From positions 15,846 through 79,845 of the forward strand of contig JBLMZM010000361.1 of assembly GCA_050258815.1 (NCBI GenBank): a DNA stretch of 64,000 bases, in the 5' to 3' direction. This stretch comes from Ignavibacteriales bacterium (lineage in GTDB: Bacteria > Bacteroidota > Ignavibacteria > Ignavibacteriales > SURF-24). Under the pieces are notes generated by a model. That model made no database searches. It had not been told where the DNA came from and was given only the letters and a program-made list of their open reading frames with translations. Made by a program: the position numbers and the translations under genes. Positions 36,064 to 45,220 of the stretch are shown one piece after another; the first letter of the stretch is position 1; every line of letters begins with the position of its first letter.

Positions 36064-36480
36064 ATGCCGTTAAACAAATCGCAGGAAACTTTAGCTGAAA
36101 AACTTGGTTTAAAAAGAGGAATTAAGTTATTAATTCTTAATCCAATTGAAAATATGTTCGAAATGCTGTCCCCGCTGCATGAAATTACAATCCTGTTGCG
36201 TAAAGTAAAGGGAAGTGCTGACCTGGCACTCTGTTTTTTCAATACGAGAAAACAGCTGGATCAGGAATTGCCGCGCCTGGAAGGCCTGTTGAGGGCAGGG
36301 GGATTTATCTGGATATGCTGGCCTGCTGCAGAAAACGGGTTTGAATCCAGTCTGGACGAAAGCTATATAAGGCAGGCTTGTAAGACCATGGGACTGCTGG
36401 AAACAGAAACCTGCAGGCTTGACGGAAATTGGAGCGGGATAAAATTTGTACCCGCAACTATGAATGATTATGGTATTTAA
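36064..36480 (+). CDS. DUF3052-like protein
   Basis: LAEKLGLK...GFIWICWP...LDESYIR...GL.ET...LDGNWSGIKF. Confidence 0.75.
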   Translation: MPLNKSQETLAEKLGLKRGIKLLILNPIENMFEMLSPLHEITILLRKVKGSADLALCFFNTRKQLDQELPRLEGLLRAGGFIWICWPAAENGFESSLDESYIRQACKTMGLLETETCRLDGNWSGIKFVPATMNDYGI

Positions 36481-36524
36481 GATCGGCAAAAGAAACGAAA
36501 AGGTCAGGAAGAAAACAGGGCAAG

Positions 36525-37379
36525 ATGGTACAAAAGGAATTCTGCTGGACAACTGAAGACGGTGTAAATATATTTGGACAACTATGGCAGCCCGTAGATG
36601 AAACCAGGGCGGTGGTCTGCCTGGTGCATGGACTTGGCGAACACAGCAGCCGTTATAAAACGCTGCCCCGGCGCCTAGTGGATGCCGGGTTTGCTCTTGT
36701 GGCTTTTGATATGAGGGGACACGGCAAGTCCGGCGGCAAGAGGGGACATACGCCCTCATACAAGGACATGATGGACGGCATTTCCAGACTGCTTGGTGAG
36801 GCTTCCTTGCGTTTTCCCGAGAAGGACCTTTTCCTTTATGGACACAGCATGGGCGGCAATCTCGTTATAAATTATGCCCTGAGGTATAAGTCCCATATAA
36901 AAGGTGTGATTGCAACAGGACCCTGGCTCCGCCTTTCAAACCCTCCAGGACCCTGCATGATTCGGGTGGCAAAATTACTGGACCGCTTCTGGCCAAGCCT
37001 CAGGACCTGGAACGGCATTAAACCCAAAAGTCTTTCACACAGGGAAAAAGAGAAGCACTCTGCGAAAGATCCCTATATGCACCCCTGGATATCGATGCGT
37101 ACGTTTGTTGAGGTGCACGAAGCCGGCTACTATGCGCTCAGACATGCCGCTGATCTGCGGTACCCGCTGCTGCTGCTGCACGGCAGCGAAGACAATGTCA
37201 CATCAGCCGAGGCGAGCAGGGAATTTGCCCGAAGCGCCAAAGACAACTGCAGCATTATTATCTACGAGGGGCTCTATCACGAGGTGCACAATGAACCGAG
37301 GAATGAAGAGATATTCTCGGATGTGGTATCCTGGCTCGACTCCAATCTTAGCCTCGCCGACAGCAGCACAGAACGCTGA
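36525..37379 (+). CDS. Alpha/beta hydrolase, lysophospholipase/monoacylglycerol lipase family
   Basis: VHGLGEHSSRY, DMRGHGKSGG, GHSMGG nucleophile, HGSED, YHEVHNE. Confidence 0.92.
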   Translation: MVQKEFCWTTEDGVNIFGQLWQPVDETRAVVCLVHGLGEHSSRYKTLPRRLVDAGFALVAFDMRGHGKSGGKRGHTPSYKDMMDGISRLLGEASLRFPEKDLFLYGHSMGGNLVINYALRYKSHIKGVIATGPWLRLSNPPGPCMIRVAKLLDRFWPSLRTWNGIKPKSLSHREKEKHSAKDPYMHPWISMRTFVEVHEAGYYALRHAADLRYPLLLLHGSEDNVTSAEASREFARSAKDNCSIIIYEGLYHEVHNEPRNEEIFSDVVSWLDSNLSLADSSTER

Positions 37380-37632
37380 TTCCAATCCTTGTTAATCTGT
37401 TCTATATTCTTTAAGGAGAATGCGCAGGGACTGTAGATAATTCCGGATTCATTAAAACCGGGAAGTTAATCTTCCCGCATAAAATAAGAACATTTTAAAA
37501 TATTGTACCGAAACCAGCATTTTGAATTTATTATCCTGTTAAACCAGGTAAAATAATATTGCATTGAGTTAAAATTATGAAGGAGTTTATTTCCCCTCTA
37601 TTATTTTAATTTTGTTCCTTTATTGTTTGTTT

Positions 37633-37689
37633 GTGCACGTGGTTTTGTGTGCCCGTCCGCCGCGGCGGACGACGGGCGTGTGCCCCTAC
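37633..37689. repeat. REP-like palindromic element carrying a nested GC-rich palindrome
   Basis: Minus strand begins GTAGGGGCACAC; contains the perfect 16-bp palindrome GTCCGCCGCGGCGGAC (37655-37670); GTGTGCCC is directly repeated at 37647-37654 and 37678-37685; lies in an AT-rich intergenic region. Confidence 0.55.
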
Positions 37690-37759
37690 GAAACTTTAAT
37701 GATTATTTATCGATATTGTTAATTGGTTCAATTGTAATTATTTATCGATTTTGTTACCC

Positions 37760-37814
37760 GAATCGATTGTGGTATTTTGAATCGAATGTGGTATGTGAAT
37801 CAATTATGGTATTT
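37760..37814. repeat. Three degenerate tandem 18-19 bp repeats
   Basis: gaatcgattgtggtatttt / gaatcgaatgtggtatgt / gaatcaattatggtattt starting at 37760, 37779 and 37797. Confidence 0.6.
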
Positions 37815-37993
37815 AATTGTTTTGGGGGTGTACCCATGCACGTAAAAAAAAGTAAATGATAATTGAATTATATGAAATAAAATGAACACATTACTTTCAG
37901 TTAACCCGCCCTGCTTTATTTTTAAATAAATTAAATTTTAAGTTTTTCCCTAAATATTATATATTATGTAAAAAGCAATAAACAGAGGGAAAA

Positions 37994-38485
37994 ATGACTT
38001 TGCAGGCAATTCTTACCATAATTCATATACTTTCAGCCGTAGTATGGCTGGCTCTCATACCTGCCGATCTGGTACTAAGAAGAAATATAAGACGCTCAAG
38101 GGGGAAATCCGGTGAAAAGAGGCTGATCTCCATATACATGTATCTGGTCAACCTGTGCGGAATGATAGGCATGACGGGCATACTGATTACAGGAATAATA
38201 CTAATATCCATCATACCATACTACTTTTTCTTTAGTTTTGCGTCTAATCACTGGCTGGCCACCAAACAGGTGATAATGGTTATACTCCTTGTGCTTGTAT
38301 TTGCGTTTTTAATCCCTACGGCAAAGAGAGTGAGGGGTGCTTTGGGGGCAGATCTTGAAAATAATCTGCCTTTATCGGCCGATTCGTACAATAATCTGAA
38401 GAAATTGGAAACAATTATCACCATTAGTAATGTTTTAGTATTAATAAACTTTCTTCTGGCAATCACGCACAGGTATATTGCGTAA
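37994..38485 (+). CDS. Four-helix membrane protein (DUF2269/CopD-like)
   Basis: IHILSAVVW...GILITG...HWLATKQ; four hydrophobic segments; GAGG SD. Confidence 0.7.
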   Translation: MTLQAILTIIHILSAVVWLALIPADLVLRRNIRRSRGKSGEKRLISIYMYLVNLCGMIGMTGILITGIILISIIPYYFFFSFASNHWLATKQVIMVILLVLVFAFLIPTAKRVRGALGADLENNLPLSADSYNNLKKLETIITISNVLVLINFLLAITHRYIA

Positions 38486-38565
38486 TATAAACGGGCATCA
38501 CTATTCTTTTACGTTGCTTTGTAGAGGTTACTTTTTTAATTTTTGATGTATAATAATTGGTAGAA

Positions 38566-39705
38566 ATGAAAAAAGTCTTAATTTTAGGCTCGACAGGATC
38601 CATAGGGGTAAATACACTAAATGTCATCAGGAATTTTGCGGACAGATATTCGGTTGAAGGCATAACTGCAAATTCCAATATCGACCTACTCGAACAGCAA
38701 ATAAAAGAATTCAAACCGTCTCTGGCAGTTGTTGGCAACAGTGATGCTGCGCGGGAATTAAAAAAGCGGGTTACCGGGTGCGAGATTCTCAGCGGTGAAG
38801 AGGGCCTGATTGAAGCCGCTAAAAGGGGTAATTATGATATTCTGGTCAGTGCCCTGGTCGGTTTTGCGGGGCTGGCCCCGACGATAGAGGGAATAAAGCT
38901 TTCCAGGAGGATCGCTCTTGCGAACAAGGAAACTCTGGTCGTTGCAGGTGAGCTGATTACGGATCTCTGCAGGCGTCATAACTCCGAACTATTACCGGTT
39001 GATTCCGAGCACAGTGCAATATTCCAGTGCCTGGCTGGCGAAAAAAGTGAGGAAGTGGAAAAGCTGATACTGACTGCCTCCGGGGGACCCTTTCTGAACA
39101 GGGGAATCGACAGCCTGAAAGACGTTACGGTAGCCGAAGCCCTGAATCATCCCAACTGGAAGATGGGCAACAAGATCACCATCGATTCGGCTTCCATGAT
39201 GAACAAGGGCTTAGAGGTAATTGAAGCCAAATGGCTTTTCGGCGTTCCAAGGGAAAGAATTGAAGTAGTAATACATCCCCAGTCAATCATTCATTCAATG
39301 GTTGAATTTGTAGATGGTTCCATTAAGGCGCAGATGGGACTCCCTGATATGAAGCTTCCCATTCAGTATGCCCTTTCATATCCGGAGAGGCTGCCAGGCG
39401 GAAACAAAAAAACCAGGCTGCAGGAAATTCAGAACCTCACGTTTATGGAACCGGATATGGAGAAATTCGAATGCCTGAAACTGGCATACAGCGTTATGGA
39501 ATGCCAGGGTACCGCCCCGTGCATTATGAATGCCGCAAACGAAATTGCCGTGGGACAGTTTCTGCAGGGAAAAATTAAGTTTCTGCAGATCCCGCAGCTT
39601 ATAAAAGAATCTTTGAACGCGATAGAGAACCATAAAACGCCGGATATTGAAACAATCTTTGAGTGCGACAGGCGGACCAGGGAGTTTGCCTCAAATTTAT
39701 TTTAA
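38566..39705 (+). CDS. dxr: 1-deoxy-D-xylulose-5-phosphate reductoisomerase
   Basis: ILGSTGSIG, LANKETLV, LPVDSEHSAIFQC, LTASGGPF, HPNWKMGNKITIDSASMMNKGLE, NAANE. Confidence 0.97.
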   Translation: MKKVLILGSTGSIGVNTLNVIRNFADRYSVEGITANSNIDLLEQQIKEFKPSLAVVGNSDAARELKKRVTGCEILSGEEGLIEAAKRGNYDILVSALVGFAGLAPTIEGIKLSRRIALANKETLVVAGELITDLCRRHNSELLPVDSEHSAIFQCLAGEKSEEVEKLILTASGGPFLNRGIDSLKDVTVAEALNHPNWKMGNKITIDSASMMNKGLEVIEAKWLFGVPRERIEVVIHPQSIIHSMVEFVDGSIKAQMGLPDMKLPIQYALSYPERLPGGNKKTRLQEIQNLTFMEPDMEKFECLKLAYSVMECQGTAPCIMNAANEIAVGQFLQGKIKFLQIPQLIKESLNAIENHKTPDIETIFECDRRTREFASNLF

Positions 39706-39724
39706 GCAAAGGAGATAATTCTTA

Positions 39725-41080
39725 ATGAACTATGTTATATATTTTTTAATTACAATCGCTATCCTGGTTTTTGTGCACGAATTCGGTCACTTCCTGGCGG
39801 CAAAAATTTCAAAGATGAGGGTGGATGTATTTGCCATAGGCTTTGGCAAACGCCTGGTTGGATGGAATAAGCTTACGGGATTATCCTTTGGTGACCTGCC
39901 CGATGATTTTGACGGGAAAGGCAACACTGACTACAGGATCTGCCTGCTCCCGTTTGGCGGATACGTCAAGATTGCCGGAATGGTGGACGAGAGCTTTGAC
40001 GTGAAATTTGCCGACAAGACTCCCGAGCCCTACGAATTCCGCAGCCGCCCGACGCACCAGAAGCTCTTTGTAATTACTGCCGGTGTACTGATGAACCTCA
40101 TACTGGCATTTCTGATCTTTGCGGGTATTAATTACTTCCAGCAGAAGCAGTACGCAAAGACCACTACTATTGGCTATGTTGCTCACGGAAGCCCTGCCGA
40201 AAAAGCAGGCCTGAAGGAGAATGACAGGATTGTAACAGTAAACGGTAAAAAGGTAACTTATTGGGAAGATGCTGCCTCCCAGATATATATAGATAATATA
40301 GTCAGTGACGTAAGGATATCGGTTGACAGAAACGGACAAAACGTCGTGGTGGATGCCCCCCGCAAGACTTTTTCACAGGATGCAACCAAGGGTATGCCGC
40401 TGTTGCCCGCCGGTTTTAAAGTATCAGCAGACAGCGTAATGAAGGGATATCCGGCAGAAAAGGCGGGCATCAAAAAAGGCGATGTTTTCCTGAGTCTTAA
40501 TGACCAGCCAATTAGAAGTTATGGACAGACTACTTACCTGATATCGGAAAATAAGGCAAAAACAGTTCCACTGAAAGTCCTGAGGGGCCAGGATACTGTA
40601 CAGCTTTCCGTTACCCCAAGCAAGGACGGCAAGATCGGTGCCTTCTTAAGCGAACAGTTTACCGGTGAGATTGAATATAAGTCCATGAATGCAGGGGAAG
40701 CTCTCTGGAGCGGTGTAAACGATATCAAGAAAATTACTGTAATGACCTTTACTATGCTGAGTAACGTCGTCAGGGGCAAGGTAGAATTCTCATCCGCATT
40801 CGGAGGACCGGTTAAAATTGCACAGTTTGCGGCCAAATCCGCCGATACCGGCATAATTTCGTTCATATTCTTCCTCGGGATGCTGAGCCTCAGTCTTGCC
40901 ATACTCAATATTCTGCCCTTCCCGGTGCTGGACGGCGGGCACTTTGTGATTATACTGATTGAGGGGATAATCAGGAGAGAAATACCCATCAAGGTCAAGC
41001 TCGCAATTCAGAACGTAGGCTTTGTAATACTGCTGCTCTTTATGGCATTTGCAATATATAATGATATAATCAGCCTGTAA
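39725..41080 (+). CDS. rseP: RIP metalloprotease RseP with two PDZ domains
   Basis: HEFGH, LPFGGYVKIAG, NILPFPVLDGGH; two PA(E)KAG(L/I)K..D PDZ starts; canonical position after dxr. Confidence 0.95.
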   Translation: MNYVIYFLITIAILVFVHEFGHFLAAKISKMRVDVFAIGFGKRLVGWNKLTGLSFGDLPDDFDGKGNTDYRICLLPFGGYVKIAGMVDESFDVKFADKTPEPYEFRSRPTHQKLFVITAGVLMNLILAFLIFAGINYFQQKQYAKTTTIGYVAHGSPAEKAGLKENDRIVTVNGKKVTYWEDAASQIYIDNIVSDVRISVDRNGQNVVVDAPRKTFSQDATKGMPLLPAGFKVSADSVMKGYPAEKAGIKKGDVFLSLNDQPIRSYGQTTYLISENKAKTVPLKVLRGQDTVQLSVTPSKDGKIGAFLSEQFTGEIEYKSMNAGEALWSGVNDIKKITVMTFTMLSNVVRGKVEFSSAFGGPVKIAQFAAKSADTGIISFIFFLGMLSLSLAILNILPFPVLDGGHFVIILIEGIIRREIPIKVKLAIQNVGFVILLLFMAFAIYNDIISL

Positions 41081-41133
41081 GGATTTCCTAAAAGGATTTT
41101 CCCAAAAACAGGTTCTGCAATATATCCCATTTT

Positions 41134-41170
41134 CTGAACCCGGATTGAAGTTAGTTCATTCCGGGTTCAG
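41134..41170 (+). terminator. Hairpin after rseP, probable terminator
   Basis: ctgaacccgga...tccgggttcag inverted repeat. Confidence 0.6.
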
Positions 41171-41361
41171 TTATTTCAGGACCGGCTCATCTCCTGGGAC
41201 TGCCATTAGTTTCACGCCTTTAATACGATAAAACTGTAGGATATTTCCTACATAGGTACATACCTAATACTGACAACAATTTCAGAAGTTTTCTTATTCT
41301 CAGTAACCCGTAAAAATACTAAGTTCATATGTAAACAACATTAAAAGAAATGGAGGGTACT

Positions 41362-41514
41362 ATGCTCTGGACTATTTTTGCAATATTGGTGGTTTTATGG
41401 CTCATAGGGATGGTAAGTTCCTATACACTGGGCGGTTTTATACATGTATTGCTGGTAGTGGCAATTGTCCTGGCGCTGATCAGCCTTTTCCGTGGCGGCA
41501 GGAGCGTAGTATAA
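41362..41514 (+). CDS. lmo0937-family small membrane protein (50 aa; absent from the ORF track)
   Basis: SD GGAGG; MLWTIFAILVVLWLIGMVSSYTLGGFIHVLLVVAIVLALISLFRGGRSVV carries the family pattern W..G....Y..GG.IH.LLV.A. Confidence 0.9.
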   Translation: MLWTIFAILVVLWLIGMVSSYTLGGFIHVLLVVAIVLALISLFRGGRSVV

Positions 41515-41596
41515 GTATAAATTACCCTGATGCAGCTGATTTTGAAAAGATGTTACTATGTGTAAAGTGTGCGTATGAATAAATATGGAGGTAAGG

Positions 41597-42574
41597 ATGA
41601 GAAATAAAATGATGAAGTATGGGTCTGTTCTTGTAATAGCAGTATTGTTGCTCATGTCCCGGAATTCAGTGATCGCTCAGGAATATAATAACAAAGACGT
41701 AAAGAGTGATAACCAGGAAGATGTGTACAAGAAGAAAGCGCAGCAGATGACCTCAAGACTGAGCCAGAAGCTCAACCTTTCAAAGGACCAGTCGGAGAAA
41801 ATCGGCGATATTCTTGTTGATTTTCAGAAAGATGTTGCCGAGGATACCAGAACAGGAGATAAGAGTGATGTAACAGGCAGCGCTAACAGTCTTCAGGACG
41901 ACCTGAAGAAGGCCGATATATCGGCAAATGATAAAATCGAAAAGATACTGCCCGAAAACCAAATATCCGCATATATGAAAGTAAAGAAGGAATGGTGGGC
42001 AAAAATTAAGGATAAAGTATATTCAAAGGATTTTATAAGGAATGAAGAACAGGCCAGCCGCAGCGATAATGACAACGACAGAAGTGCCAGAAAAACTGAC
42101 AAAAATAAAGACAAGTCAGACATGGTGGGCAGCAGCAGGGATGAAAAGGATAATTCTGAATACGGACAATTTGCAAAGGAAATGGCCGTTAACCTTATGA
42201 ATCAGCTGAATATCTCGCTGGATAAGGCTTCAGATGTACAGGATGCCCTGATGGATTACGGAAAGTCAGTTGCTGATGCACAGAGCCGTTATTTTAGCAA
42301 TGTTAACAGGGAAAATGTAGCAGTTACGGACAGAGAGAGCAGAAGAACGGGCGATGTCAGACAGGACAGGACCCGAGTGGATAAAGATAACATGGTCGGC
42401 AGCAGCAGAAGCAATGAATATAACGCAAAGATACAGGATGCTATGAAATCGGCAGATGACAAGATAGTTGATGTGTTGCGCGACAACCAGAAGCAGCAGT
42501 ATGCCAAGATAAAAAATCAGTGGTGGAAAGATGTAGTGGCAAAAGCTGAGACTCATTCTGCAAAGAAACGTTGA
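41597..42574 (+). CDS. Exported protein with two tandem Spy/CpxP-like helical repeats
   Basis: SD GGAGGT; signal peptide ending VIA-Q; repeat 1 AQQM...KLNLSKDQ...ANDKIEKILPENQ...YMKVKKEWW; repeat 2 AKEM...QLNISLDK...ADDKIVDVLRDNQ...YAKIKNQWW. Confidence 0.7.
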   Translation: MRNKMMKYGSVLVIAVLLLMSRNSVIAQEYNNKDVKSDNQEDVYKKKAQQMTSRLSQKLNLSKDQSEKIGDILVDFQKDVAEDTRTGDKSDVTGSANSLQDDLKKADISANDKIEKILPENQISAYMKVKKEWWAKIKDKVYSKDFIRNEEQASRSDNDNDRSARKTDKNKDKSDMVGSSRDEKDNSEYGQFAKEMAVNLMNQLNISLDKASDVQDALMDYGKSVADAQSRYFSNVNRENVAVTDRESRRTGDVRQDRTRVDKDNMVGSSRSNEYNAKIQDAMKSADDKIVDVLRDNQKQQYAKIKNQWWKDVVAKAETHSAKKR

Positions 42575-42682
42575 GAAACCGGAAACTATTCTGCTTTCCG
42601 GGCTAAAAATTGTTTTACCGTTAAAAATCCTAAAAACAATTTTTCCGTAAGTTAAAATAATCCCATAAGGAGGTGAAATAGT

Positions 42683-42868
42683 ATGGATAGGCTGGAGATA
42701 AAAGGAAACTGGAACGTAATAAAAGGAAGACTGAAACAGAAATATAGTAATCTTACCGATGATGACCTGAAATATGAAGAGGGTAAGGATGATGAACTCC
42801 TGGGCAGACTTCAGAAGAAAACAGGCCAGAGCAGACAGGAAATAATTAATTTTATAAATAATAGATAG
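42683..42868 (+). CDS. csbD: CsbD-family general stress protein
   Basis: [24 protein letters not shown]...[15 protein letters not shown]; SD AAGGAGGT. Confidence 0.93.
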   Translation: MDRLEIKGNWNVIKGRLKQKYSNLTDDDLKYEEGKDDELLGRLQKKTGQSRQEIINFINNR

Positions 42869-42919
42869 CACCCTTAAATCTGTCTATTATTCGTAAAAGA
42901 TAAATACTGTACGGCTTCA

Positions 42920-42955
42920 GCAGGCCGGCCATCAAAAGCCGGCCTGCATAGTTTT
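42920..42955 (+). terminator. Intrinsic terminator after csbD
   Basis: gcaggccggc...gccggcctgc stem followed by atagtttt. Confidence 0.7.
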
Positions 42956-43099
42956 AAAGAGTTCATCCTGGTTAAACTAATAGCATAATATTGCGATAAT
43001 CTTCAATAAAATGACCCGATGCACTTGCATTAGAAGATTGTGAATTGTTATTATATATTAAATCCAGAGAAGATGAATCCTATAAAATTATGCCTCAGT

Positions 43100-45157
43100 A
43101 TGAAGACGGCCATATTTATCCTGGCCTGCCTTTTTATCATATCAGGACGGCTTGCCGCCAGTCAGCCGCTGGGTGCCAAAATTATCTCAATAAAAAATTC
43201 GAAAACAACCTATCACTATGAGCCCGTTCCGGGAAAGCTTGTGGGTATCTGGCCTGCAGTCAGGTACTGGACGGCGGATGGGGCAAAAACATTCAAAAAG
43301 AAATGGGGCTTCTCGGGTATTGTAGTTATGCCTGAGATGGATGCCCCTTATTATTTTTACAAGAAGTCTATTGATGCAGGCTTTAAACCTGAAAACATTA
43401 TGGTGCTCACGCATGATGATTCATACATACAGGGTGTGGATGAAATGCCTGCCGGGTATTACTACCTGGATGAACCGGTTGAGCACGACTGTTCAGGGCA
43501 TGCCTCGAACGGAACACACATTTATCCTCCTGCAGAACTTCAGAAAAGGTATTCTTACGTACATGAAAAAAGGCCGGATGCAAAATTTGTCATCGGCGGT
43601 TACAAGCGCTGCAGCCACCTGAAGATTGCGGTAGACTGTGCGGATAATGTAATGTATACTTCGTATGTGAACTGGAGCTCATTATGGCTGCCGGTGTGCC
43701 ACGTAAATATGGGCTTCGGGGATAACTATGAGGCTCCCTGGAATCAGGGAAATACTCTGCAGACTGACAGCTGGAAGGATATGCGTTCGAAATACGGAGA
43801 AAAATTCTCCATGGCCTGGATGACGAGCAAAGGGGATGAATATGCGCAATTATTTGCCGAGGCTTCAGCAGAGGGGCTCAAGGGTATATGGCTTTATGCA
43901 TTGGAGAATTGGGAAACTGACTCGGCTTCTACGCTTGCTAAATTTTGTGATGCCGCCTGGCAGAACGGATGGCTGAATAAAGTTGAAGATACCCCGCCGG
44001 GAGAACCTCCTGTTTTAATTCAGCCGTTAAAAGGGATGATAAATCTGCCCGAGGTAAATGTATCCTTTGCCTGGACGCGGGTCCAGGATGCTGAAGGCTA
44101 CAGGTTCCAGTTGTCAAAAGACGGAAGTTTTACTGAATGTCATACCGATACTACTATAAATGCTGACACCTGCCTGACAATACCGCTGCTGGAAAAAAAC
44201 AGATATTATTACTGGCGGGTTCAGGCCGTAAATTTTGTGGGTGCAGGCAGCTGGACGGAAGCGGGTACTTTTACTACTATACCTCAGAGGCCATCAGCAC
44301 CTGCGCTCATCACTCCTGGAAACGGCGCATTAAACCAGATGACAGAACTCAGGATGAGCTGGAGCGGGCAACCGGGTACTGAAGGTTATGTGCTGCATGT
44401 TGCAAAAGATTCATTGTTCCTGAATATGGCAGCTGCCGATTCAGCCATTACTTCTCAGGAGTATAATATTACGGGACTTGAAAAGGGCAGCCGTTATTAC
44501 TGGAGGGTGGGGGCAAAAAATGCAGGTGGTATGAGTCCGTACTCTCCCGTCAACAGCTTTATTACTCTGATGAGTCCCCCTGAGAGCCTCAAGGCCGAGG
44601 TAAGCGGGAAGCACTCAATAATGCTTTTATGGAATGACAAGGCTGAAAACGAAACCGGGTTTATTCTTGAGAAGAAGAGCAGCCGCGATAGTTCGTTCAG
44701 TATTCTGAGCACATTAAAGGCTAATTCAACGTCTTATACCGATACACTTGTTTCTTCAGGATTGTCCTATAAATACAGAATTAAAACATACAATGAAGCG
44801 GCAACTTCATTTTACAGCAATGAAGCTGAGGCTGCAATTACCGTAACGGCTGTTTCTAACAGGGAAGTGCCTCCCACAGATTACGTACTCTATCAGAATT
44901 TCCCCAATCCCTACAATCCATCTACCAGGATAAGTTATATGCTGCCTTCTGAAAGCAGGATCAGGGTAATAATATATAATTCAATAGGCAGTATAGTAAA
45001 AGAACTTGCAAACGAAATTGAGCAGGCGGGATATCACGAGCTTGATTTCAGGGCCGGAAACCTGCCCTCGGGCACGTACTTTTATTCCATGGAGGCAAGG
45101 CCGGTTGATCACTCCACTATTTTCAGATCAGTTAAAAAGATGCTTCTTTTAAAATAG
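43100..45157 (+). CDS. T9SS cargo: unrecognised N-terminal domain + three Fn3 domains + type A sorting domain
   Basis: Signal peptide MKTAIFILACLFIISGRLAA; about 280 aa containing YYYLDEP and GIWLYA; Fn3 repeats with YYWRV; C-terminal LYQNFPNPYNPST...KKMLLLK. The ORF extends to 43040. Confidence 0.82.
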   Translation: MKTAIFILACLFIISGRLAASQPLGAKIISIKNSKTTYHYEPVPGKLVGIWPAVRYWTADGAKTFKKKWGFSGIVVMPEMDAPYYFYKKSIDAGFKPENIMVLTHDDSYIQGVDEMPAGYYYLDEPVEHDCSGHASNGTHIYPPAELQKRYSYVHEKRPDAKFVIGGYKRCSHLKIAVDCADNVMYTSYVNWSSLWLPVCHVNMGFGDNYEAPWNQGNTLQTDSWKDMRSKYGEKFSMAWMTSKGDEYAQLFAEASAEGLKGIWLYALENWETDSASTLAKFCDAAWQNGWLNKVEDTPPGEPPVLIQPLKGMINLPEVNVSFAWTRVQDAEGYRFQLSKDGSFTECHTDTTINADTCLTIPLLEKNRYYYWRVQAVNFVGAGSWTEAGTFTTIPQRPSAPALITPGNGALNQMTELRMSWSGQPGTEGYVLHVAKDSLFLNMAAADSAITSQEYNITGLEKGSRYYWRVGAKNAGGMSPYSPVNSFITLMSPPESLKAEVSGKHSIMLLWNDKAENETGFILEKKSSRDSSFSILSTLKANSTSYTDTLVSSGLSYKYRIKTYNEAATSFYSNEAEAAITVTAVSNREVPPTDYVLYQNFPNPYNPSTRISYMLPSESRIRVIIYNSIGSIVKELANEIEQAGYHELDFRAGNLPSGTYFYSMEARPVDHSTIFRSVKKMLLLK

Positions 45158-45220
45158 TTTTTAAAGAGGTATAACTTAAGCGGAATTTTATTATTTTTGC
45201 CTGCACAAATTACGGGGAGC

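Noticed and set aside
37700-37820. Possible CRISPR array
   Set aside because: Units are 18-19 bp, degenerate and adjacent with no spacers; no cas genes in the window.
37623-37859. 78-aa ORF across the REP-like element
   Set aside because: TTG start, no SD, and composition explained by the palindrome and T-rich repeats.
42579-42601. GG-N10-GC sigma54-like spacing upstream of csbD
   Set aside because: Poor consensus (GGAA...CTGC) and better explained as the hairpin ccggaaa...tttccgg after the upstream stop codon.
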